DNA from: a virus
DNA: 64,000 nucleotides
IMG/VR virus record: IMGVR_UViG_3300035698_005399
Location: 1-64,000 of that record
Strand: one strand, 5' to 3'
A program made the position numbers and the translations under genes. Below are positions 6,360 through 17,686 of this stretch, piece by piece. Under the pieces are notes generated by a model. That model saw only the letters and a list, made by a program, of their open reading frames with translations, searched no databases and was not told where the DNA came from. Position 1 is the stretch's first letter, and each line of letters starts with the position of its first letter.

Positions 6360-8692
6360 TGATTAGAGGCAAAAACATAGAGATTGCACCAGAAGTTGCT
6401 TTTAAAATCACACCTAAATACTTAAGCAAATCAATTCCATTAGACTATCTAATTGAAAATAGAGAAGTTTATGGAGAAATTATTGAGCCCACAACAAATG
6501 ACCCAGTGCGTAATACGCAGTGGGAATATTTATTTTTTGTAGACTCATCAGTGTTTTGTCCAGCGGCCATAGCGTTTACTAAATCTGAAAAAGAGGTAGC
6601 AGGAACAGGCATTAAGCCTAGATATATGCCTTATTTAAAAGGTACTAAGAAGTATATTGATTATTGGAAAGAAGAAAGAAAACGTTGTTTAGAAGGATAT
6701 GAGCCGATTGTAAATGATAAGCCGTGTGGTATTAAAATCTCAGGAGAATATTACTTCTATCTGAACTATTTTCGCATCAAATTGACAGATGCAGATAATC
6801 CAGATGGAGGAGAAATAGAAGACTTCCCCAGATTCGCTGAAATGGATTATTACTATTTCATGGAATTAGATGCTAGAGAGAACCCTAGCAAATATGGCTT
6901 ACCTAAAACATATAAGAAACATATCTTACTGTCTAAAGCTAGACGTAAGGGGTTCTCCTTTAAGAATGCCGCAGGAGCACTATGGAAATATAGTTTCTTC
7001 CGCAAGGCCAAAGTAGCTATTGTATCACAAAGAGGAGAAAAAGCTGTAGAAACATTCGAGAAAGTGATGGAAGCAATGGACTTCTTGAGCGAACATACAG
7101 AATTTGGTGGACCTACTATTACTAGAACGCTTAATAAGACACAAGGCAAAGGTGTTGTTAAAGCTGGTGTTAAGACTAAAGATGGTAAAGAGAAAGGTAG
7201 ACTATCAGAAATCTATACTGTATCATTACATAATGCTGATGATAAAGCATCTGGGGCAGGTTGTGTTAGGGTAATTTTTGAAGAAGCAGGTATGATTAAT
7301 AACCTGAAGAACTCTTGGGCTTTTACAGAACCTACACTAAGATCTGGTGATATTATGAAAGGTATTGCTATTATCTTTGGTACTGGTGGTGATATGGATG
7401 GTGCTACACAAGATTTTGCTGATATGTTCAGTAATCCTGAAGCATATGGTTGTGCTGCATTTGATAATATCTATGAGTCTACACCAGGAGCTTCTAAGAA
7501 ATGTGGTCTATTTGTTCCTGATATGTGGTTTAGAGAAGGTTCTGAATTTAGACATCCTGAGACAGGACTTACAATACCTGGTGTTGATGACCAAGGTAAT
7601 GCTAATAGATGGGTGGCTGAGCTATCCCTTAATGCTGCTAGACACGCGGCTAGAAAAAAGGATAAACAGTCCTTTAATACAACAATCACGCAGTGGTGTA
7701 AGACACCAACAGAAGCTTTCTTAAGAGTATCAGGTAATGTATTCCCTGTAGCCGAGCTACAATATAGACTACAAAGCTTGAGAACTAATAGAAAAGTAGA
7801 CATGTTATCTACACCGGGAGAATTAGTAGATACTGCAGATGGAGTTATTTTCAAGGTAGATCTTGAAGGTAAACTAGAACCAATTAACAAATATCCAATA
7901 CCAACAAATACTAAGAATAGAGAAGGTGCAGTAGTACAATTTGAAGCTCCACAAACAATAGGTGGTAAAATACCTAGAGGAGCTTATATAGTTACTATTG
8001 ACCCTATTGCCATTGATACAGAAGGGAATGAATCATTAGTATCAATTTTGTGCATTAAGACAAAAAAATATGCATTTGATATAGGCCATGATGAGATTGT
8101 AATGAACTATGTGGGTAGACCTCATTATGATCCAATAGATTCAACCAATTATATTCTATTGAAAATGGCCAAATATTATAATGCTGATGTGACACATGAG
8201 AATGATAGATCTGGTAAAGTAGTACGTGACTTCTTTGTTAAGAATGGAGAGTTCACAAGACTATTGCAACCACCTGTTAATATCATGGAGAAGCATCTTC
8301 AAGGTCCGTCAAAAACAGCTATGCGTAAAACAGGGCATAGTTTCGGTAATGATAAATTAAAAGAACTAGGTGAACTTCTGACTAAGAGATGGCTCCTTGA
8401 AAAGAGAGGTCTTAATCCTATCACAGGGGAAGATGAAAGAAATCTAGATTTAATTGCAGACATAGGACTACTTGAAGAACTAATATCTTATAATAGAGAT
8501 AGAAACTGTGACCGCGTAATGGCTCTTATGGGAGCTGTTGTGCAAATGAAGGAAACATTTAATGAATACGTAAGTGGAGACGACGAAGATGACGATGAAA
8601 CAATTGCTTGGTTCGCAGGCAAAATGGTTAAAAAAATAGATAAAGATAATGATAAATCACTTTCCAACGCAACGCAGGGCTTTTTCAGCTAA
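6359..8692 (+). CDS. terL: Terminase large subunit
   Basis: YYFYLNY, Walker A-like KARRKGFS, Walker B FEEAG, FGTGG coupling motif, nuclease IDP...D and NCDRVMA. Confidence 0.95.
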   Translation: MIRGKNIEIAPEVAFKITPKYLSKSIPLDYLIENREVYGEIIEPTTNDPVRNTQWEYLFFVDSSVFCPAAIAFTKSEKEVAGTGIKPRYMPYLKGTKKYIDYWKEERKRCLEGYEPIVNDKPCGIKISGEYYFYLNYFRIKLTDADNPDGGEIEDFPRFAEMDYYYFMELDARENPSKYGLPKTYKKHILLSKARRKGFSFKNAAGALWKYSFFRKAKVAIVSQRGEKAVETFEKVMEAMDFLSEHTEFGGPTITRTLNKTQGKGVVKAGVKTKDGKEKGRLSEIYTVSLHNADDKASGAGCVRVIFEEAGMINNLKNSWAFTEPTLRSGDIMKGIAIIFGTGGDMDGATQDFADMFSNPEAYGCAAFDNIYESTPGASKKCGLFVPDMWFREGSEFRHPETGLTIPGVDDQGNANRWVAELSLNAARHAARKKDKQSFNTTITQWCKTPTEAFLRVSGNVFPVAELQYRLQSLRTNRKVDMLSTPGELVDTADGVIFKVDLEGKLEPINKYPIPTNTKNREGAVVQFEAPQTIGGKIPRGAYIVTIDPIAIDTEGNESLVSILCIKTKKYAFDIGHDEIVMNYVGRPHYDPIDSTNYILLKMAKYYNADVTHENDRSGKVVRDFFVKNGEFTRLLQPPVNIMEKHLQGPSKTAMRKTGHSFGNDKLKELGELLTKRWLLEKRGLNPITGEDERNLDLIADIGLLEELISYNRDRNCDRVMALMGAVVQMKETFNEYVSGDDEDDDETIAWFAGKMVKKIDKDNDKSLSNATQGFFS

Positions 8693-11168
8693 AAATCGCA
8701 AATGGCGTAAAGAATGTGTGGATTATATTTGCTCTCAAGCAGATCAGTATCATAATGCTAACTATAAGCGCATGGCAGAAAATTATGGCATGTACCTTGA
8801 TCAAATTGATCAAGATGAATATAGAGCATGGGCTGATCCGCTGGACTTAAGTAAAGGTGAAACTAAAAATTTTATTCATGCCTTCAATATGGCACACAAT
8901 AAGATCAAGGTTCATCTAGGAGAAGAGTTACAAAGACCCTTCTACTATACTGCAATCAGCACAAGTCCTGAAGATAGTAATGAAGTTATAAGACAAAGGA
9001 ATAAAGAACTTCGTAACTATATTGAATTTCAGATTCAAAAAGAGATAGAACAGGCACAACTACAGATGCAGGTTAAAGAACTATCTCAAGAAAGAGGCGG
9101 TCTAACTAATTCACAAGTAAAAGGAATGGAGGAGGAACATAATGCTAAAATGCAGGAACTGCGTGATAGTGTTCTTACTCCAGCACAAATTAAAGCTAAA
9201 TTCTCTAACTACAAACTGGTTAAAGAAAAGTTAGCACACAAGATATTAAAGCAATACGAACAGTATAGTAAAGTTAAATATAAGAAGAATCAAGCATGGG
9301 AACATTATTTGCTATCTGGTGTAGAAGCAGTAATGGTAGAAGAACTTAATGGTGAAGCTGTTGTTACTCCATTAAATTCACTTGGTGTATCTTATCATAA
9401 AGGACCAGAACAACCATTCATTCAAAACGGATATTATGCGTCATATAAAAGAGAAATGACCATATCAGAAGTATTGGATAGATGGGGAGATCTTATGGCT
9501 GAAAAAGACAAGAACAAATATGAACGTTTAAACAACGTAGCAGGATTGAATACACCAATGATGTCTAAGACTGGTTATTCTGAAAGTCATTGGGAACACA
9601 GAAGTAATACTCGTGATTATTGGGAAGGGGAATCAGACATTCCACACGATGGCTCCTATGGACAATCTACTTCCTTTGATGATTACTTGACTGTATATAC
9701 AGCATTTTGGGTATCTCAACGTAGAGCCTATATACTTACTGCTACAGATGAGTATGGCGAAGAAACCGAAGAGATGTTAGATGAAAACTTCCAGATTCCA
9801 GAGGATGCAATGGTAGTTAAATATACTGATATTAGAGGTGGTAAGAAGAAAAGATATGAATGGGGCGAAGGTGCGTTCAGCGCAGAAGAGATATGGATTC
9901 GTCAGAATTGGCAAGGTACTCGTATTGAAGACAATGACTATGTAAATATCGAGCCATTATACTACAATCAACCAACCTTACATAATCCAACTGGTGGAGA
10001 ACTACCTATCTATGGTATGTTGGCTGATGCTAAGAATGGACCTATTGTATGTGTGTGGGATAGAATGAAGCCTTGGCAAAAGCTGTATTACTTCATTGTG
10101 AGCAAATTTATTAAGCTTATCTCACAAGACCGTTCAGTAGTAACCCTACTAAATGTATTAATGGTTGACAAGAAGATTGGTATTGAAAAGACTATGCAAC
10201 ACTTAGTTGACAATGCAATCATCCCATACAATCCATTAGCTTCTGAACAAGGTGCTAGACTAGCACATAACCACAAAGCAGCAGAACAGATTAATTTGTC
10301 TAATACACAACAGATTAATTACTATGCTGATATCCTAAGATTTGTGGAAGAAAAGATTGGTGATGCTGCAGGTGTACCTAAGCCTAGAGAAGGTAAGACT
10401 GCTAGTAGTACTAATGTTAGTGATAATAGACAAGACTTGGTGCAATCAGCTACTATTTCTGAAGCAATGTTCTATCAGCATGAACTATTGTGGGAAGATA
10501 TATTAAATGCTGTATTAAGAATCTCTGTACAGAATGTAGATAAGAAAGGTATTATCAATAGAGCCATTCTATCTGACGAAGAGATTGCTATTATTGAAAA
10601 TAAGGAATTAAGCAATTATGATGAGTTTGATGTAAAGATCGCAAACTCTCAGAAAGCACATCAGATTGTTGAAATGGCTAAGGGTCATGCTCAAGCTCTG
10701 ATTCAAAATGATAAAGTTAGTCTTTCTCAGTTTATGGAATTGGTTGGTATGGAGAATGTAGCAGAATTTAAACTCTACATTAAAGAAATCGAAGCTGATT
10801 TACAAGAAAGAGAGAAAGAAATGGGTCAATCACAACAGCAATCACAAGAGAAAATTGCTAAGATGCAGATTGATGATAGAGAAGATCAACAAAGCCACGA
10901 ATGGGATATGCAAGAACAGAAGTATACTCACGAAAAAGAAATCAAAGCTATGGATGTATACAAACTCCAGCAAGATCAAGATGCAGATAAAGATGGTATG
11001 CCAGATGCAATCGAAGCATATGTCAAAATGCAAAAGGTTATGCAAGATAGTAGCAAACTAGAGTTAGATGGAAGCAAGTTAGACTTAGAACAGAATAAGT
11101 TAAAATACCAGAAAGAAAAAGACGACAAGGATAGAGCATTAAAAAGAAGTCAGGGGAAAAGTTCTTAG
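8649..11168 (+). CDS. Portal protein
   Basis: Follows TerL. DRMKPWQKLY, AGVPKPREG and C-terminal DADKDGMPD are typical of crAss-like portals. Confidence 0.9.
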   Translation: MINHFPTQRRAFSAKNRKWRKECVDYICSQADQYHNANYKRMAENYGMYLDQIDQDEYRAWADPLDLSKGETKNFIHAFNMAHNKIKVHLGEELQRPFYYTAISTSPEDSNEVIRQRNKELRNYIEFQIQKEIEQAQLQMQVKELSQERGGLTNSQVKGMEEEHNAKMQELRDSVLTPAQIKAKFSNYKLVKEKLAHKILKQYEQYSKVKYKKNQAWEHYLLSGVEAVMVEELNGEAVVTPLNSLGVSYHKGPEQPFIQNGYYASYKREMTISEVLDRWGDLMAEKDKNKYERLNNVAGLNTPMMSKTGYSESHWEHRSNTRDYWEGESDIPHDGSYGQSTSFDDYLTVYTAFWVSQRRAYILTATDEYGEETEEMLDENFQIPEDAMVVKYTDIRGGKKKRYEWGEGAFSAEEIWIRQNWQGTRIEDNDYVNIEPLYYNQPTLHNPTGGELPIYGMLADAKNGPIVCVWDRMKPWQKLYYFIVSKFIKLISQDRSVVTLLNVLMVDKKIGIEKTMQHLVDNAIIPYNPLASEQGARLAHNHKAAEQINLSNTQQINYYADILRFVEEKIGDAAGVPKPREGKTASSTNVSDNRQDLVQSATISEAMFYQHELLWEDILNAVLRISVQNVDKKGIINRAILSDEEIAIIENKELSNYDEFDVKIANSQKAHQIVEMAKGHAQALIQNDKVSLSQFMELVGMENVAEFKLYIKEIEADLQEREKEMGQSQQQSQEKIAKMQIDDREDQQSHEWDMQEQKYTHEKEIKAMDVYKLQQDQDADKDGMPDAIEAYVKMQKVMQDSSKLELDGSKLDLEQNKLKYQKEKDDKDRALKRSQGKSS

Positions 11169-11237
11169 GCTATATAATAGCATATGAGCAATATCTCGGA
11201 AACTTTTAATAAAATTAAACGTTAAAATAGTTAGAAC

Positions 11238-12476
11238 ATGGACAATCAAGGATTAAATTTTCCAGATTTTGATGGCTTAGACTTACAAGCACTAGCAGAA
11301 GGCAGGGAGCCCAATGGTATTGTAAAATCAGTAGAAGCTAAAAAAGAAGAAGAAAAAGAAGAGGAACACAAAGAAGATAATAGAAATGCTATTGACCCTG
11401 TATATAAAGATTTAGATCTTACAGGTAATGATGCTGCTAAAAAAGAAGAAAAAGAGAAATCAAATTACGAAATAGAAGGTGAAGAAGCAGATGCAGCTAA
11501 GGCCGCAGAAGCTTTAGAAGCTGCTAAAGCAGATATGGAGAGTAACACTGATGCTGATGTTGATACTGACGTTGATAGTGATGATCCCATAGTTGTTAAG
11601 TTTCAAGAAGCCTTAGACTTTGGTACATTTATTGTACCTGAAGATTTCAAATTTGATGGATCTGAAGAAAAATTCAATGAGGCAGTAGAATTAACACAAG
11701 CGCATTACGCACAAGAAGCAGAAACCAGTTTAACATCTAGTATTCAAGATCCTAAATTAAAGGAGATTGTAGACTACGGTATTAAAGGTGGTAAATTTGC
11801 AGACATTGAATCATTTGGACAGTATCAGCAAATACAAAATAACTTTGAAACTGCTGACTTAACCGATGAAGATGTGCAGAAAGAAGTAATGCGAAGCTAT
11901 TATCAAACAACTGCTGGTAGTCTTGGCGCAGATAAAATTAATAAACTAGTCGATGAAGAAGTTGACTCAGGGAAATTAAAAGAAGCTGCAGAACAAGCAC
12001 AACAGTGGTTTATTAACGAAACAACAAAAGAAAAGACTAGGCTTGCTACAGAAGCCAAAGGCAAATTGGATGCTGAGAAAGAAGCATCTAAAGTATATAA
12101 CCAGAATTTTCAAAAAGCTCTCAATGAAACTAAGTTTCAGGACAATAAGAAAAGAGAAATTGTAGGAAGTTTTGATCAAGTGAAATTAGAAGATGGGCAA
12201 GAACTGTTAAAGTGGCATTATAATTTAATGCAAGTTCAGTCAAATCCTTCTCACTTCATCGAATTACTAGATATTTTAAATACTTATAATGAAGAAAAAG
12301 GTTTCAACTTTACTAAGATTAAGAATAAAGTAAAGACAGAAGAAACAAAAAGCTTATTTGACAAATTTAAAGGTAATAATGAAAGCGCAGCTTCAGGCTC
12401 TAGAGTTAAAAAAGAACAAGCTCAGACTGGCCTATTGCGTAATCCTGTAGATAGATATGTTAAAAAACTTAGATAA
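11238..12476 (+). CDS. Acidic putative scaffolding/head assembly protein
   Basis: Highly acidic and helical, located between portal and capsid genes as in crAss-like synteny. Confidence 0.7.
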   Translation: MDNQGLNFPDFDGLDLQALAEGREPNGIVKSVEAKKEEEKEEEHKEDNRNAIDPVYKDLDLTGNDAAKKEEKEKSNYEIEGEEADAAKAAEALEAAKADMESNTDADVDTDVDSDDPIVVKFQEALDFGTFIVPEDFKFDGSEEKFNEAVELTQAHYAQEAETSLTSSIQDPKLKEIVDYGIKGGKFADIESFGQYQQIQNNFETADLTDEDVQKEVMRSYYQTTAGSLGADKINKLVDEEVDSGKLKEAAEQAQQWFINETTKEKTRLATEAKGKLDAEKEASKVYNQNFQKALNETKFQDNKKREIVGSFDQVKLEDGQELLKWHYNLMQVQSNPSHFIELLDILNTYNEEKGFNFTKIKNKVKTEETKSLFDKFKGNNESAASGSRVKKEQAQTGLLRNPVDRYVKKLR

Positions 12477-12479
12477 ATT

Positions 12480-13994
12480 ATGAATTTTACAATGCCAGGT
12501 CTGAAGCCAACTGTTATTACAGATGGTTTAGGAGGAAACAGTTTTAATGCTGCTCACCTTGTTCGTACTTACGGTGCTGATGTCCCTCACGAGATGTCAT
12601 ACAACGCAACCAACATGGCGCAGTTGTTTTCTGCAACAGACAGATACAATGACAAACCAATGCTTTCTATGACGGAAGCAAAAGGTAAGAAAGTATATTT
12701 GACCAACAACACTTATACTTGGAAGCTTAAAGGTCATCAAAAACAAAAGCTTCGTGTAGTAGAGAATATTGAAACCGGAGTTAGACCAGGTGAGCAATTC
12801 GGTGAATTCCGCGTTGTACTGGATAGAGCTTGGTTTAAATACCCTGATGTTTTGATTGGAGAGAATAATAACTATCCAATTGAAGTAGTAGGCAAGCCTA
12901 AAATGAGAGGTACTGGATATGAGTATACAATGAAGCTACAAACTTCTGATCCTACTCGCTATCTTCCAGCTACTCTTTTAGAAGTAGGTTGTGAATTTAC
13001 AAAAGTTTCTACTGCAATTCCAGAAGAAATGAACTCTGATTACGGTACAATGCAGTTTAACTCTGTATTCGAACTTCGTAACCAATTAGGTTATGTTGCT
13101 GAGAAAGTTGAGTTTACTGATCGTATGCTAAGAGTTGACAAGAATTCTACCAATGGATCACAGTGGAGACACTGGAGAGTACCTTATTTAGATAGTAATA
13201 ATAAAGTTCACATGAACTTCATGCCTATGGCTGAAGCAGAAATGTGGAACCAATTATATTCAGATATCGAATGGGGTCTTAACTATGGTAGAGCAAGTAC
13301 GGAAAGAGCACCTAATGGTTATCTTAAGCGTACAGGTCCAGGTTGGAGAGAACAGTTTGAATTTGCAAACACTCTATTCCATAATGGTAACTTAACCCTA
13401 TCTCGTCTAGACGAATGGTTGAGCAGCATTTACAGAGGTCGTAAAGACGCAAGCCCGCAATCGCGTAAACTTGTTCTAATGACTGGTGAAATGGGTGCTC
13501 TTATGTTCGATAGAATGGTAGCATCTGATGCATCTAGCTTCTTTACATTGGATACACATTTCCTTAGTGGTAATGATCCAAGACACCTTAGTTTTGGTGC
13601 ACAATTCACGCATTATCGTGGTAAGAATGGTCTTGACGTAACAGTCATGTTGAATCCTCAGTATGATGATCCAGACCTTTGCCCACAAATGCACCCAATT
13701 TATACTGATACTACAATTGACTCTTGGAGAATGGACATCTTTGACTTCGGTGCAAGTGTTCAAGATACAAGCGCATTAGGTAGTAACATCAAAATGGTAT
13801 GTGAGCAATACGCTGACCATTACTTTGTTTCGACAGGTAAGTGGAATCCTAAGACTGGTATGCCTATCAATGATGGCGCAGAAGGCCTTGCTGGTGGTGT
13901 AGGCGGTTACTCCGTACAAGCAGAAAAGAGTTATGGTCTAATGATTGAAGACATCTCAAGATGTGGAACAATCCAACTTAGATTCGATAGCTAA
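12480..13994 (+). CDS. Major capsid protein
   Basis: 504 aa, YTWKL, RTGPGWREQ, LMTGEMG, LSFGAQFTHY. Followed by a strong hairpin; synteny supports the call. Confidence 0.9.
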   Translation: MNFTMPGLKPTVITDGLGGNSFNAAHLVRTYGADVPHEMSYNATNMAQLFSATDRYNDKPMLSMTEAKGKKVYLTNNTYTWKLKGHQKQKLRVVENIETGVRPGEQFGEFRVVLDRAWFKYPDVLIGENNNYPIEVVGKPKMRGTGYEYTMKLQTSDPTRYLPATLLEVGCEFTKVSTAIPEEMNSDYGTMQFNSVFELRNQLGYVAEKVEFTDRMLRVDKNSTNGSQWRHWRVPYLDSNNKVHMNFMPMAEAEMWNQLYSDIEWGLNYGRASTERAPNGYLKRTGPGWREQFEFANTLFHNGNLTLSRLDEWLSSIYRGRKDASPQSRKLVLMTGEMGALMFDRMVASDASSFFTLDTHFLSGNDPRHLSFGAQFTHYRGKNGLDVTVMLNPQYDDPDLCPQMHPIYTDTTIDSWRMDIFDFGASVQDTSALGSNIKMVCEQYADHYFVSTGKWNPKTGMPINDGAEGLAGGVGGYSVQAEKSYGLMIEDISRCGTIQLRFDS

Positions 13995-14001
13995 ACCCGA
14001 T

Positions 14002-14045
14002 AATAATAGAGGCTTTGGAGAGAAATCTCCTTAGCCCTTATTATT
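14002..14045 (+). terminator. Stem-loop after the capsid gene (GAAA tetraloop), terminator or mRNA stabiliser
   Basis: aataatagaggct-tt-ggaga-GAAA-tctcc-tt-agccc-ttattatt. Confidence 0.7.
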
Positions 14046-14092
14046 TACTAAGATAGTAAACACAAAAAAGTCAAAATTAAAAGAGTTGAATT

Positions 14093-15142
14093 ATGCCAAA
14101 GTATTTAATTTATCCTAGCCCGGACAGAAAACCCGTGGTTAAATATGAAAGACGCACAGAGAATTTAGTTAATGGTAAACTGGAAGAAGATTTCCAAGAA
14201 GACAGAACTATGACTCGTGCTCCATTTACAAAATTTAGTTGGTCTGTAGCACCATCCAAGAAATTGGGAGGTCATTTAAATACAGGACTACTAGAATATA
14301 CGAAGAATCCGTATATTGACGCGAAGAATTTTAGAACTCCTGAATGGAAAACCATTCTAGAAGGTGTAGAAGAAATTACACTACAGACAATGTTAGAGTA
14401 TAAGCATGGACATGTCCCTACTTATTACAGTAATACCATTGATGTAAGAGTTTTAGAAAGACGGCCTGAGAATGTCATTGATAACTTCTTCCAAACTAGA
14501 GCAGCACTATTGAATTTTAATGATGGAGTAACTGTTTTAGATACAGATAACAATCCTATTCATGAAGTTCTGTATTATGGAATCACAAGCAGCGATGTAA
14601 TAGCTAATTCTTATCAAGAGCTTAATCCTGACACGTTATTCTATATTGCTAAAGAACAAGAAGAAGAAGAAAGAAAAGCAGAAAAGTCTAGATTAAAGAA
14701 TGGTGCCATTTCTCAATTAGAAGAAGTCTCCAAAAAGAATGACCGCGCAATTGTGGAATTCTGTAAAGTACTTAATCAACCAAAGAGTAGGAAAATCTCC
14801 TTAACTTCAGACTCTGCTTATAGTGCACTTGACAAATTTGTCAAAAGTGCTAACCAACAAGAAATTAACGAGTTTGTTCACGTATATAACATGTGGAAGT
14901 CTCCAGAGACAAAACGTAAGTTTAAAGCACATGTATTACTTTCTGATGCATTGGATACAAACGTATTGTGGATTAAAGGTAATGAATATACATGGCAACC
15001 CCCTCGTGAAGAGAATGGTGCTATACCTCCACCAGTGAATTTTTCAAGACAATCAGAAGTAATTGAGTTCTTAACCGAACAAAAATTTCAAGAAGAACAA
15101 GCCCTTATCAAAAGACAAATTGACGCAAAACTTAACGTCTAA
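14093..15142 (+). CDS. Conserved capsid-module protein of unknown function
   Basis: 349-aa ORF immediately downstream of the capsid gene, as in crAss-like synteny. Confidence 0.7.
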   Translation: MPKYLIYPSPDRKPVVKYERRTENLVNGKLEEDFQEDRTMTRAPFTKFSWSVAPSKKLGGHLNTGLLEYTKNPYIDAKNFRTPEWKTILEGVEEITLQTMLEYKHGHVPTYYSNTIDVRVLERRPENVIDNFFQTRAALLNFNDGVTVLDTDNNPIHEVLYYGITSSDVIANSYQELNPDTLFYIAKEQEEEERKAEKSRLKNGAISQLEEVSKKNDRAIVEFCKVLNQPKSRKISLTSDSAYSALDKFVKSANQQEINEFVHVYNMWKSPETKRKFKAHVLLSDALDTNVLWIKGNEYTWQPPREENGAIPPPVNFSRQSEVIEFLTEQKFQEEQALIKRQIDAKLNV

Positions 15143-15897
15143 TGATTATACTAGGAATGCATGCTCAATTTGATTTAGAAGTGGACAGAATTGCCAGTGG
15201 TAATTCACCAGATTTTAATCGAAGAGAAAAAGATGACTATATCAATAAAGCCATTTGGATCTTTGTTAATCTAGGGTATGACCCCAAGAAGACAAAGCCA
15301 AGTGGTGGATTTGAAACAAGACAGTTCAACATTGATGCATTACGAACACTATTAATTAAATTTCCAACAGAGCAACCAGCACTGGTCCCAACTGAATTTG
15401 AGAGAGGCATTTGGGAGCTTCCCCTATCTACTTTAGAATATGAGTATTTACATTTTATTAGGGGTCAAGCAAGCATTGTTAAAAACAATTGCAAAAAGCT
15501 GGTATCGTTTGATTTATTAGAACATGACGATGATTATACCAATTATAATAAGCCCTCATATAAGTGGGGTAGAATTATTACCAGATTTGGAAAATCCTCT
15601 TTCTCCCCAACAACACCCCTTAACAAAGAAAAAGGATCAATATATTTCGAGACAGCAAACGAATTTGATATTGAAAACGTCAGAATTGAATACCTTAAGT
15701 ATCCCGACAAAGTTTTTGTTGGGGGCTATAATGAAATCAACGGCGTTTACTCATCAACAGATGCTACAGTAGATTGTGATATTGATTCTGCATACCATCC
15801 CGAAATTGTTTCTATAGCTGCACGAGAAGCAATGCGAGATATCCAAGACATTCAAGGATATCAACTGAAAGATGTGCAGACAAAAGAAAATTTATAA
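15142..15897 (+). CDS. Tail ring / head-tail connector protein
   Basis: FD...D...S...P.F...E.D..INKA, GFE......D.LR.L, Y.KYP, H.EIV..A. Confidence 0.75.
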   Translation: MIILGMHAQFDLEVDRIASGNSPDFNRREKDDYINKAIWIFVNLGYDPKKTKPSGGFETRQFNIDALRTLLIKFPTEQPALVPTEFERGIWELPLSTLEYEYLHFIRGQASIVKNNCKKLVSFDLLEHDDDYTNYNKPSYKWGRIITRFGKSSFSPTTPLNKEKGSIYFETANEFDIENVRIEYLKYPDKVFVGGYNEINGVYSSTDATVDCDIDSAYHPEIVSIAAREAMRDIQDIQGYQLKDVQTKENL

Positions 15898-15905
15898 AAT
15901 AAATT

Positions 15906-17612
15906 ATGAGTGATAAAGTAAGAGTAGAGAAAGTGATTGTAGCCGTAACAGGCTCAGCCCTTCCTGCCAATGGAACTAAATTTGTAAATGATACCGCAGC
16001 CGCAATTGGTGCTTTTGCTCCAGGTGCAGTCATGTTGACTGCTGGGCAAGTAGGTATTTATGCTGCAGATGGTTCTAATAGAAATACTGCTGTTGACGGA
16101 TTTACTGTTGCAGGTGAAAGGAAACTATTCATCGCACAAGGTAGAAGTACAGCAAATGATGTAAACCCCCTCCAAGTAAGAGGATTTGAAAAGTCTTCTG
16201 TCATTGACAGTAAGAACCCAATCCGATTTATTGGATCAACCTGTTCAGCACCACGCAACTCCGCCGTTATGATCGGATTAACTGCTGGTGATATTGTAGC
16301 AGCAGATGAGACGTTATATGGATTAACCATTGCCTATCATGGTAGACGCACAGACATCCTTAGTGGTAAAACTGGTCCTGCATTCTTTCCTGAATACACT
16401 ACACCAGACTATACTGCTTTAGGTACAGCCGCTGAAGATGCTAGAGATGGACTGGTTCAAAATTTAGTATATCAGATTAACTCCCATAGTTATGTATGGA
16501 ATAGTCCTTCTGCTATTGAAAATGTAGTTGCTTTCGCTATTGCCACACCAGACTCTGGTGCTGAAGATGCGCTTATTACTGCTGCTGCAGGTGCTGTAGC
16601 CCCAACTGCTACTAGTATTTCCGATGGTACTATTACTAGTATTTACATTGGTTATGACTCAGCAGGTAATGCTGTAACCATTCCTAATACGGAAAGTATT
16701 CAAAATACCTTCCTTGATTTGATTGCGAACACTGACTTGGCTGGTGCAGATCTTATTGTTCCTGTAGCTGTTAATGCAGTATCAGGCGCTGTAGCCGGAT
16801 ACCAAGGTGGTACAGGAGGCGTTGATGCAGAAGCATTTATTGTAATGGCATATGACAGTGCTGAAACACTTGCTTACATTGATACCATTCCTGAGACTAA
16901 AGAAAGAACTGAAATTAACCTAAGACAAGGTTTTGATACTGCTGCAGTTACTGTGAAAGTAGGTTCAAGACCTGATGAAGGACAAGGACAAGGTAGAAAG
17001 CTTAGACTATTCTACGAAGCTACTGATGCATTGCGTAAGTATGAGAAAACTCATCCTCAACTATATGCACCAAGTATCAACTATGGTAATGACATCGTTG
17101 AAACAAGTGATTACAATGTATATGCTATTGAGCATGACACAGAAGCACTTGTCTCTGATGGTACATCAGGAACACATCCTCATATTACTGTAGTAATGGT
17201 GCCATGTGGTGACACAGCACTTATTCAATCAATAGAAGATATCTTAGTTGCATTTGGTAATGCTAACAGATCTGAATTAGATGGAATCCTAGACGCTGAA
17301 GCTTATGCTGAAAGACTAGTATATCGTCCAGAGGAACTTGTTAACGCCGATTCTCCTTTTGCTGTTGTACTTGGTGAAATTGCCACGTATAATACTGCAA
17401 CAGGTGTTATTACTACAGTTGTACCAGCCGGTGCAAGTGCAGGTGATAGATTTGGTGTACAATTACTATACACAACAAACAACCTAACCGTTGATATTAA
17501 CACAACCAATGGTTATGATCTATATGGTACTGCGGGTGATGCCACCCTTAGTGCTGACGGCCTATATGTATATAAATACATAAACGCAGCAATAGGTTGG
17601 GTATTAGACTAA
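15906..17612 (+). CDS. Putative auxiliary capsid protein with C-terminal extension
   Basis: Ala/Gly/Thr-rich structural composition, EGQG.G motif, and position after the ring gene. Confidence 0.6.
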   Translation: MSDKVRVEKVIVAVTGSALPANGTKFVNDTAAAIGAFAPGAVMLTAGQVGIYAADGSNRNTAVDGFTVAGERKLFIAQGRSTANDVNPLQVRGFEKSSVIDSKNPIRFIGSTCSAPRNSAVMIGLTAGDIVAADETLYGLTIAYHGRRTDILSGKTGPAFFPEYTTPDYTALGTAAEDARDGLVQNLVYQINSHSYVWNSPSAIENVVAFAIATPDSGAEDALITAAAGAVAPTATSISDGTITSIYIGYDSAGNAVTIPNTESIQNTFLDLIANTDLAGADLIVPVAVNAVSGAVAGYQGGTGGVDAEAFIVMAYDSAETLAYIDTIPETKERTEINLRQGFDTAAVTVKVGSRPDEGQGQGRKLRLFYEATDALRKYEKTHPQLYAPSINYGNDIVETSDYNVYAIEHDTEALVSDGTSGTHPHITVVMVPCGDTALIQSIEDILVAFGNANRSELDGILDAEAYAERLVYRPEELVNADSPFAVVLGEIATYNTATGVITTVVPAGASAGDRFGVQLLYTTNNLTVDINTTNGYDLYGTAGDATLSADGLYVYKYINAAIGWVLD

Positions 17613-17686
17613 ACTGATATTCCAACTTATGATTATGCTTCGGCATAATGGTTCAACTCCCTTGACTACCCGTGTTTTCTTAAGTT

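Noticed and set aside
11550-11585. DADVDTDVDSDD low-complexity repeat
   Set aside because: An ordinary acidic linker in a scaffold-like protein.
6359-13994. Introns or inteins in TerL, portal or capsid genes
   Set aside because: The ORFs are continuous and of expected size, with no intein or homing endonuclease motifs seen. The same holds for nrdJ.
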